The notes below the pieces were generated by a model that was given only the letters and a program-made list of their open reading frames with translations, searched no databases and was not told the DNA's origin. Source: Bacilli bacterium (GTDB lineage Bacteria; Bacillota_I; Bacilli_A; RFN20; CAG-826). Taken from it: a DNA stretch of 64,000 bases. Both the position numbers and the translations under genes were made by a program. The stretch is taken from assembly GCA_024408565.1 (NCBI GenBank), contig JAKSUW010000001.1:28498-92497 (forward strand), read 5' to 3'. Below are positions 18,269 through 25,835 of the stretch, piece after piece (the stretch's first letter is position 1; each line of letters begins with the position of its first letter).

Positions 18269-18883
18269 TTACTTTGGTTCATCGCCGTTTGGACGATAAG
18301 AATTAGGGTAGGCGATATCGCTGGCGACTTCACGCGTCACCTTTTCGATTATTTTATAAACTTCGTAGGGGTTTTCGATATCAATAATGCCGCCCGTTGG
18401 AGTTTGGGTACCGTTTCGCGAAATAACAATATCCCCAACCTTGGTAAGACGGTCGATTAACCCAATGTGAATCGTAATCGCGTTAATTTCTTGATAATAG
18501 AAAGAGGTATAGCCCGCTGCAATTACACCACTTTTAACAAGAATTCTGCGATCAGTGACCGCGTATTCGGTGAATTTATATTCACGAGCAGCCATCACAA
18601 TCCGACTAACCCAAATCCATACCGGTGCCAAATGAAATAAAAAGAAGATCACAATAAAGGCGATAAATACAGGTGGGATTTGATCAATGATAAAACGAAA
18701 GAAAGCGAAAATGAAAAGTCCATCAAGCGCAAGCCAAAGCAAGGCAAACGGCATCATCGTGATAATTCGATTTAAAATAAATGCATTCTTTTTGGGCCGA
18801 CCTTGCCAAATAATTTTTTCGTTGGGCGAAATAAGGTTTTCAATCTTTTCGTTCAACCGATATTGATTTTTATACTTGTTCAT
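18269..18883 (-). CDS. Membrane protein with a bacterial PH domain (YdbS/YdbT-like bPH_2).
   Basis: Two N-terminal TM helices followed by …TEYAVTDRRILVKSG…YQEINAITIHIGLIDRLTKVGDIVI…. Confidence 0.65.
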   Translation of the reverse strand: MNKYKNQYRLNEKIENLISPNEKIIWQGRPKKNAFILNRIITMMPFALLWLALDGLFIFAFFRFIIDQIPPVFIAFIVIFFLFHLAPVWIWVSRIVMAAREYKFTEYAVTDRRILVKSGVIAAGYTSFYYQEINAITIHIGLIDRLTKVGDIVISRNGTQTPTGGIIDIENPYEVYKIIEKVTREVASDIAYPNSYRPNGDEPK

Positions 18884-19048
18884 ATCCTTATTTATTATCC
18901 CATTTATTGCGTTTTGATTCTACGCCAATTACCAATTACATAAACAAAAGTTAATTGATGTAAGCACTTTCACAAGTTTAACGCTTGCTTATTATGTAAT
19001 AATAAATACGTTGATAGAAACCAAACGGAATTTATCAATTTTCTTTTT

Positions 19049-20395
19049 TTGGGGGATTATAAAATGAAGAAACAATTTAAATTTATTGCTCCATTAGCGT
19101 TAGCCGCTATTATGGCAACTAGCTGCGGAGGTAGTAATCATACACGTTACGTTCCTGGAACCAAACTAAAAGTTGGTTTAATTTGTCTAGAAAGCTCTGC
19201 TTCAACTTATGATGACAACTTTATCAAAGCCTTTGAATCAGCTTGTGGAAAAGCTACGGAAAAAGGGCAAATGGATAAAAATGGTTATGAAATTGAAACC
19301 GACATTCCAGAATCTCAAGAATGCAGTCAAGCTGCTCAACGTTTAATTGATAAAGGCTGCAATGTTATTTTCTCTGATAGCTACGGTCACCATGCTTTTA
19401 TGAAACAAATGGCAATTGAAAATCCTGAAGTTATTTTTTCTAGTGCGACTGGCGATGACGCTTATGCTTCAGGTGTTCAAAATTATCACAATGCATTCGC
19501 ATCAATCTATGATGGGCGCTATTTAGCAGGTTTTGCAGCAGGTAAATATCTAGAAAAAAAATGCTCAGAAAAAGTAACTACACCCTTCAAAATAGGCTAT
19601 GTTGGAGCACACCCATACGCCGAAGTCATTTCTGGGTACACCGCTTGGTATTTAGGAGTTAAAGCCGGGCTTGCAGATGCACATAGGGATAATTGCAAAA
19701 TGGTGGTTAGTTATACAGGATCATGGTATGACGAAGACAAAGAGTATACGACTGCCAATTCTCTTATAAAAGATGATAAATGTATTCTCATCTCACAACA
19801 CGCAGATTCCAAGGGCGCGCCGAGAGCTTGCAAAGACAATAACAATACACCCAACGTTTCATATAATATATTTGAAGACCCTGAAGAGTTCAAAGATTCG
19901 TACGTAGCATCTTCTAGAATTAATTGGGAACCGTACTTTGAACAAGTTATAGATAGCACATATCAAGGTCGCACAATCGCTGGTGAAATAGACCGAAACT
20001 GGACAGGCGGTTTAGGCACTGCTCCTGCGAGTGGATCAGTTAATTATGATGTAAATGATAGTTTTGTAAGCGAAATCTTAACAGAAATGCTAACCAAAGC
20101 AAGCAATTTAAAAAGTGGCATAGAATTTGTGTTTGATACCAAAAACTTTACGGTGAAAGACCACCCTAGTACAGAAGAAGGCGGACCAAATGAGGGTAAA
20201 GACTTTTTAACTAACAATGAAGGCTACCTCACTCATTTTAAACCCGACATTACTGGTGATTTCATTCCAGATAAAGAAGAAGCTGTACTTTCTAACGGAG
20301 GCACCGGTACGCATGTTGCAGAATCATACTATCGTAGTGCTCCGTATTTTGATTTACTCATCGACGGAATTACAATTAAATCTACCACTAAATAG
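19049..20395 (+). CDS. BMP-family (PnrA-like) ABC transporter substrate-binding lipoprotein, probably for nucleosides. The likely start is M at 19064.
   Basis: Lipoprotein signal MKKQFKFIAPLALAAIMATSCGGS. BMP family fold. First gene of an SBP-ATPase-permease-permease operon. Confidence 0.75.
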   Translation: MGDYKMKKQFKFIAPLALAAIMATSCGGSNHTRYVPGTKLKVGLICLESSASTYDDNFIKAFESACGKATEKGQMDKNGYEIETDIPESQECSQAAQRLIDKGCNVIFSDSYGHHAFMKQMAIENPEVIFSSATGDDAYASGVQNYHNAFASIYDGRYLAGFAAGKYLEKKCSEKVTTPFKIGYVGAHPYAEVISGYTAWYLGVKAGLADAHRDNCKMVVSYTGSWYDEDKEYTTANSLIKDDKCILISQHADSKGAPRACKDNNNTPNVSYNIFEDPEEFKDSYVASSRINWEPYFEQVIDSTYQGRTIAGEIDRNWTGGLGTAPASGSVNYDVNDSFVSEILTEMLTKASNLKSGIEFVFDTKNFTVKDHPSTEEGGPNEGKDFLTNNEGYLTHFKPDITGDFIPDKEEAVLSNGGTGTHVAESYYRSAPYFDLLIDGITIKSTTK

Positions 20396-20399
20396 ATTA

Positions 20400-20427
20400 A
20401 AAAGCCCGGAGATAACCGGGTTTTTTA
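20400..20427 (+). terminator. Rho-independent terminator (or attenuator) between the SBP and ATPase genes.
   Basis: CCCGG-AGATAA-CCGGG followed by T6. Confidence 0.7.
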
Positions 20428-20439
20428 CATATTCAATCT

Positions 20440-22341
20440 ATGAAAGAAGCCATTAGGTTTACAAATGTAACAAAAACATTTGGCAAGACAATTGCCAATA
20501 AAAATGTTTCTTTCAGTGTCGAAAAAGGAAAAATTTACGCAATTTTAGGAGAAAATGGAAGTGGCAAAACCACTTTAATGAATGTCGTTGCTGGCATTTA
20601 TCGCCAAGATACTGGAAAGGTTTACATCAACGGAAAAGAAGCCGATATCAAATCGCCGCTTGATGCTTACAAATATCAAGTTGGAATGATTCATCAACAC
20701 TTTAAATTGGTTGATGCTTTTACGGCTGTCGAAAATTTAGCGCAAGGCGTTAAAAGATCTGACACTCCAGAATATCGGTTACTCAAAAACGAAGAAAAAG
20801 AATTAGGAACATTGCGACAAATTAAAAAGAAAATCAAGAAATTAGAGCAAATGGTTGCTAATGAAAAGTTGATCGATAGAGAATTACTCAGTCGTAAACT
20901 TAAAGCGGCAAGAGAAGACTATGACACCATTAAATCGCTTAAAAAAAGTGAAAGAAAAGTGAAATTTTACAATTTAAAAACAACTGAAAAACGGATGAAT
21001 ACACTTTGTAAGCGTTATGGATTTGTGATTGACCCACGAAAGCATGTTTATGATATGTCCGTTTCTGAGAAACAAACATTGGAAATTGTTAAAGCTATTA
21101 ATCGTGGCGCAGATATTTTAATTCTTGATGAACCAACTGCTGTTCTTACCCCTCAAGAAACTAGACATTTATTTGATGCACTGCGTAGTATGAAAGAACA
21201 CGGGCATACAATCATTATCATTACCCACAAGTTAAATGAAGTTAAAGAAATTTCGGACAAAGTCGTTATTTTACGACAAGGGGAATATGTTGGTGAAATT
21301 GAAACCAAAAAAGCGACTATCTCGCAATTAACCGAAATGATGGTTGGGCATAAAGTTAATTTGGCAATTAAACGTGACAAGCCAGTGAATCCACAAGATC
21401 GTTTAATTGTTAAAAATTTAAAGGTGGTTAACAACGAAAATCATGTTGTTGTTGATAATGTAAGTTTCGTGGCACATTCAGGCGAAATACTTGGTGTTGC
21501 TGGCATTTCTGGCAATGGACAAAAAGAATTATTAGAAGCTATATCTGGCTTATACCCAATTAGTAGCGGCAGCATAACTTTAATTAACCCCAAAAAGAAT
21601 AAACCACTTACTATCCTTCATAAAACAATGAAAGAAGTTAGAAAGCTCGCTCATGATGGCGCCTTCCATTATAGTGACGGCAAAAGAGTTGATTTAACTA
21701 AAGTATCCAATCAAAAGATTAGAGAATTAGTTAAAGAGAAGAAAATTGTTTTTAACGATAACGAAATTGTTGACTTAGGTACAAAAGATCCTTTACAAAT
21801 TCGTGAATCAGGCATCCATCTAGCGTTTGTTCCAGAAGACCGACTTGGTATGGGTCTTGTTGGTGAAATGGACATTACTGATAATATGATGCTTAGAACC
21901 TATAAACACGGCAAAGGCTTATTTGTTAGAAGAGAGAAACCTGGTCAATTAGCAGATAAAGTTATTAAAGATTTGAGTGTTGTTACTCCTAGTAAAAATA
22001 CTAGAATTCGCTTTTTATCCGGCGGAAATATTCAAAAAGTTTTGGTTGGGAGAGAGATTGCATTCGCGCCAAAAGTGTTTATGACCGCTTATCCAGTTCG
22101 TGGGTTAGATATTAACTCTTCTTACGCTATTTATAATTTATTACAAAAACAAAAACAAAATGATGTAGCGGTAATTTATGTTGGTGAAGATCTCGATGTT
22201 TTATTAGATTTATGCGACCGGATTATGGTGCTTTGCCAAGGCAAAGTCGCTGGTATTTTTGATGCTAATAAAGTCACCAAGGACAAAATTGGTTTGTTAA
22301 TGACGAATGGAGGGAAGGGCAATGAAGCCAGCAAAAATTAA
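20440..22341 (+). CDS. ABC transporter ATP-binding protein with duplicated NBDs (nucleoside/sugar type), carrying a ~110-aa charged coiled-coil insertion in NBD1.
   Basis: Walker A GENGSGKTTL in NBD1 and a second NBD with GISGNGQKELLEAISG. 633 aa against the usual ~510. Confidence 0.85.
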   Translation: MKEAIRFTNVTKTFGKTIANKNVSFSVEKGKIYAILGENGSGKTTLMNVVAGIYRQDTGKVYINGKEADIKSPLDAYKYQVGMIHQHFKLVDAFTAVENLAQGVKRSDTPEYRLLKNEEKELGTLRQIKKKIKKLEQMVANEKLIDRELLSRKLKAAREDYDTIKSLKKSERKVKFYNLKTTEKRMNTLCKRYGFVIDPRKHVYDMSVSEKQTLEIVKAINRGADILILDEPTAVLTPQETRHLFDALRSMKEHGHTIIIITHKLNEVKEISDKVVILRQGEYVGEIETKKATISQLTEMMVGHKVNLAIKRDKPVNPQDRLIVKNLKVVNNENHVVVDNVSFVAHSGEILGVAGISGNGQKELLEAISGLYPISSGSITLINPKKNKPLTILHKTMKEVRKLAHDGAFHYSDGKRVDLTKVSNQKIRELVKEKKIVFNDNEIVDLGTKDPLQIRESGIHLAFVPEDRLGMGLVGEMDITDNMMLRTYKHGKGLFVRREKPGQLADKVIKDLSVVTPSKNTRIRFLSGGNIQKVLVGREIAFAPKVFMTAYPVRGLDINSSYAIYNLLQKQKQNDVAVIYVGEDLDVLLDLCDRIMVLCQGKVAGIFDANKVTKDKIGLLMTNGGKGNEASKN

Positions 22342-23443
22342 TTTCCCATTTCGCATTGCCAAACGCGCTAATATTACAAACACAAAGGCCTGGATTATTC
22401 GTGGCATCTCAATTGTTGCTGCTCTTCTAGTTAGCGGTATTGTTTGTACATTATTTAAACCTGGATCTTTTTTAGATTTCTATAAAGGTCTCGTAGTTGG
22501 TTGCTTTGGTACCACTAATTATATTTTTGAATTATTATGCTGTATCAGCATTTTCTTGTTATTGTCCATTGCTGTAACCCCGGCATTTAAAATGAAATTT
22601 TGGAATATTGGTGTAGAAGGACAAGCAATGATTGGCTGTATTTTAACTGCTGTTATTTTGTTGCTTATGCCATCGGCAATTCCTGGACCGTTAGTCATTA
22701 TCATTGCACTACTTGCTTCTGTAACTGGCGGAATGATTTGGGCAATTATTCCTACTATTTTTAAAATTAGATTTAACACTAATGAAACTTTATTCACGCT
22801 GATGATGAATTATGTGGCTACAATCCTTGCTGCTGTTACAATCGCTATAGTGTCTCCTGGTGGCAGCCAAACATTTCCACTTATTACTGATCCATCACGC
22901 CTATTAATAAACATCGGCACCATTAAATATATTCCTTTTATTATTGTAACAATTCTCTTCACAGTTATGATGTATTTCTATTTAAGAAAAACGAAAGAAG
23001 GGTTTGAATTATCCGTGATGGGCGATTCTATTAACACAGCGCGTTATGTCGGTATCAAACCGCATTGGATTATGTTTAGAACTATGTTAATTAGCGGCGG
23101 TCTCGCTGGATTGTGTGGGTTCTTAATTGTTTGTGGCAAAGAAGCAACTTTATCTAAAACGCTTGTGGGCGGTCGAGGTTTTACTGCCGTCCTAATTGCA
23201 TGGCTTGGCCATTTCAATCCCGCTGAAATTACGATTTTCGCTTCTTTAGTCGGAATCTTGGAACAGGGAGCCACATATACTGCTGGATTAATTAAAATTT
23301 CTTCGAAGAAATATTTTTCCGGTGTCATTATCGGTTTGTTTATTTTAATTGTCATCGTTTCTGAATTCTTTGTTAATTACCAAGTCAGATTTAAATCAAA
23401 AAATAAATTGATATCAAACAATAAACCAAAGGAGGCTAAATAA
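22307..23443 (+). CDS. ABC transporter permease (first TMD). The likely start is M at 22322.
   Basis: Multi-TM, BPD-type transporter permease. Overlaps the ATPase stop. Confidence 0.8.
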   Translation: MEGRAMKPAKINFPFRIAKRANITNTKAWIIRGISIVAALLVSGIVCTLFKPGSFLDFYKGLVVGCFGTTNYIFELLCCISIFLLLSIAVTPAFKMKFWNIGVEGQAMIGCILTAVILLLMPSAIPGPLVIIIALLASVTGGMIWAIIPTIFKIRFNTNETLFTLMMNYVATILAAVTIAIVSPGGSQTFPLITDPSRLLINIGTIKYIPFIIVTILFTVMMYFYLRKTKEGFELSVMGDSINTARYVGIKPHWIMFRTMLISGGLAGLCGFLIVCGKEATLSKTLVGGRGFTAVLIAWLGHFNPAEITIFASLVGILEQGATYTAGLIKISSKKYFSGVIIGLFILIVIVSEFFVNYQVRFKSKNKLISNNKPKEAK

Positions 23444-23445
23444 AT

Positions 23446-24414
23446 ATGGTAACTTTAATTCCTTTAGCACTCCGCGCTATGGCTGTTTATATTTTTGGTG
23501 CAACCGGTGATACCATCATTGAAAAGGGTGGACATCTTAATATGGGCGTCCCTGGTATCATGTTCATCGGTGCGCTTGGAGCAATTGTTGGAGAATCTCT
23601 ATACGCTAATAATATTCCTGCTGACCAAATTAACGTAGTGCTAGCAATCATTGTTCCAATGATTTTTGCGATGATTTTTGCTGGTCTAGCAGGATTGTTA
23701 TATTGTTTCCTTACTGTCACTTTAAAATGCAATCAAAATGTTGTCGGATTATCTTTAACTACCTTCGGTGTTGGTTTTTCGCGTTACTTTATCGCTATAT
23801 TCGCCGAAATGGCTGATTCCAACATTCCGGTTGCTGGTGATATGATTCAACATTTATTTCCAAACTATGCTCAAGCAGGTGCCTTCGGTGAGATGTTCCT
23901 TTCTGGAAGTTTTTTCACTTACTTCTCAATTCTCCTAGCTATTTTAATTTCTATTTTATTTGTGAAAACGAAAGTTGGGCTTAATTTAAGAGCGGTTGGC
24001 GAAAATCCTGCTTCAGCCGACGCCGCCGGCATCAATGTTACTGCCTATCGCTATATTGCCACCATTATCGGTTCGATGGTAGTCGGAATTGGTGGCTTAA
24101 CTTATGTGTTAGACCTTAAATCTGGAAGTTTTGCTGCAACTAATGATGTTGATGCGTTCGGCTGGCTCTGCTTATCGATCGTTATCTTGTCTGCATGGAG
24201 AAGTTGGATTACCATTCCTGTTAGTTTTGCAATCGGTCTATTAGATAGATTACCAGCTGCTCTCGGATTAGGGGCTGGACCTTTAGGCCAATTCATTGGT
24301 ATCCTCCCATATATCGCAACTATTGTTGTTCTTATTATTTCAAGTGCGATTAGTAGCAAAAAGATGCAACCACCAGCGGGCTTAGGCCAAAACTATTTCC
24401 GTGAAGATCGTTAG
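23446..24414 (+). CDS. ABC transporter permease (second TMD).
   Basis: Multi-TM, paired with the preceding permease. Confidence 0.8.
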   Translation: MVTLIPLALRAMAVYIFGATGDTIIEKGGHLNMGVPGIMFIGALGAIVGESLYANNIPADQINVVLAIIVPMIFAMIFAGLAGLLYCFLTVTLKCNQNVVGLSLTTFGVGFSRYFIAIFAEMADSNIPVAGDMIQHLFPNYAQAGAFGEMFLSGSFFTYFSILLAILISILFVKTKVGLNLRAVGENPASADAAGINVTAYRYIATIIGSMVVGIGGLTYVLDLKSGSFAATNDVDAFGWLCLSIVILSAWRSWITIPVSFAIGLLDRLPAALGLGAGPLGQFIGILPYIATIVVLIISSAISSKKMQPPAGLGQNYFREDR

Positions 24415-24566
24415 TCAAAGACGCCGTTAACAAGCAAGATTGAAATAATCACAATCGCAAGAAAAATAATTACACAAAAGATAAATAAGCCATTCACTGT
24501 GCGTTTATGTCTTTTCGCCTCTTCGGGTGTCATTTCTGGTTCTAAATCAGGAACTTTCTTCTTCAT
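24411..24566 (-). CDS. Possible small single-TM protein (51 aa, MKKKVPDLEPEMTPEEAKRHKRTVNGLFIFCVIIFLAIVIISILLVNGVFD), not in the ORF track.
   Basis: The ATG lies 3 nt after the stop of the 259-aa membrane gene. Weak GAGAG SD-like sequence. Overlaps the convergent permease stop by 4 nt. Confidence 0.25.
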   Translation of the reverse strand: MKKKVPDLEPEMTPEEAKRHKRTVNGLFIFCVIIFLAIVIISILLVNGVFD

Positions 24567-24568
24567 AG

Positions 24569-25348
24569 TTACTCTCTTATTTTAATCGTTTTACTCGCTA
24601 AGAAACATAAATAAGTAACAATCACTGTGTTCGCAGGGATATAAATAAACGCTAAGAAGAGAGAGGGAAAGAAGATAATTTCAAAATTCTTCACTTCCAT
24701 GAGCCACATCTTGGCAAAGACGTTAATAAATAAAGTAAATACTACCTCCACCACTACGACAATAAAGGAAACTTGATATGGCGAAGGAAGATTAGGTAAT
24801 TCTTCTCGTCTTTTCTTAAAGCGTTTATTAAGGAAATAGGTAAATACACCAAATAGACTCATGATGATTAACGCGATAATCGGGACAAGGATACGTGCTA
24901 CTAAATTAATCGTAAATTCATGGTCAAATAAAGTAATACTAGGAGCGATACTCATATAAATAGTTAGGGAAATAACAATTACACTGAGTAAGGTAAAAAA
25001 GAAAATGGAATAGATAAAATCTTTCTTTTTAAACTTTCTAAACAAGATCATGATTAACGCTGGTGTTGCCCCCATTAAACCATAAGAAATTGTCATAAAC
25101 GGATTAATTACCACATTACCCATATAAGGCATAATCACCGCCCCAAGTAAATCACCGGCAACACCAACTACTGCACCCGCAATCGGGCCTAACATAATGG
25201 ATGAAAAAATTAAAATAGCAATCCCTGCGCTTAAACGAACATATGGTGTGACTGGTACCATTACAAAACGAGTTGCCACCGTATAAAGCGCAAGCATTAG
25301 GGCAGTTAATACCATGCGTTGAAGAACGCTCATCTTATAAACATTCAT
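24569..25348 (-). CDS. Integral membrane protein, possibly an ECF-transporter S-component-like substrate-capture protein.
   Basis: 259 aa, about 6 TM helices. Glycine-rich …GPIAGAVVGVAGDLLGAVI… as in ECF S components. Tentative. Confidence 0.4.
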   Translation of the reverse strand: MNVYKMSVLQRMVLTALMLALYTVATRFVMVPVTPYVRLSAGIAILIFSSIMLGPIAGAVVGVAGDLLGAVIMPYMGNVVINPFMTISYGLMGATPALIMILFRKFKKKDFIYSIFFFTLLSVIVISLTIYMSIAPSITLFDHEFTINLVARILVPIIALIIMSLFGVFTYFLNKRFKKRREELPNLPSPYQVSFIVVVVEVVFTLFINVFAKMWLMEVKNFEIIFFPSLFLAFIYIPANTVIVTYLCFLASKTIKIRE

Positions 25349-25349
25349 C

Positions 25350-25835
25350 TTAATAAACCGCCTTCCCTTTGTTCTTTAACACTTTCCGAATTTCGCGTTG
25401 TTGATCTTTCTTCTTAATCACTTCCCGCTTATCATATAGTTTCTTGGGTTTACCTAAGGCAATCTCTAATTTTGCGCGCCCTTTCTTAAAATACATCTTG
25501 GTCGGGATTAAGACTTGATTCGTGGTCTCGACGGCGACTTGATAACGCATGATTTCTTTCTTATGCATTAATAAACGACGCGTACGAAGTGGTTCATGAT
25601 TAAAGATATTGCCTTTCTCGTAAGGCGCGATATGCATGTTAATAACATAGGCTTCGCCTTTTTTAAAAACAACATAAGCGTCGTTAAGCGTTACTCCGTG
25701 GACTCGGAGTGATTTAATCTCCGTCCCTTTTAGTTCTAGTCCACATTCAATAAACTCACTTAAAAAATAGTTAAAGTGCGCTTTCCGGTTACTAGCAATT
25801 AGATGTGTATTACTCTTTTTCTTTTCCATCTTCAT
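25350..25835 (-). CDS. smpB: SsrA-binding protein SmpB.
   Basis: …NRKAHFNYFL…GTEIKSLR… and a basic C-terminal tail. Confidence 0.9.
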   Translation of the reverse strand: MKMEKKKSNTHLIASNRKAHFNYFLSEFIECGLELKGTEIKSLRVHGVTLNDAYVVFKKGEAYVINMHIAPYEKGNIFNHEPLRTRRLLMHKKEIMRYQVAVETTNQVLIPTKMYFKKGRAKLEIALGKPKKLYDKREVIKKKDQQREIRKVLKNKGKAVY

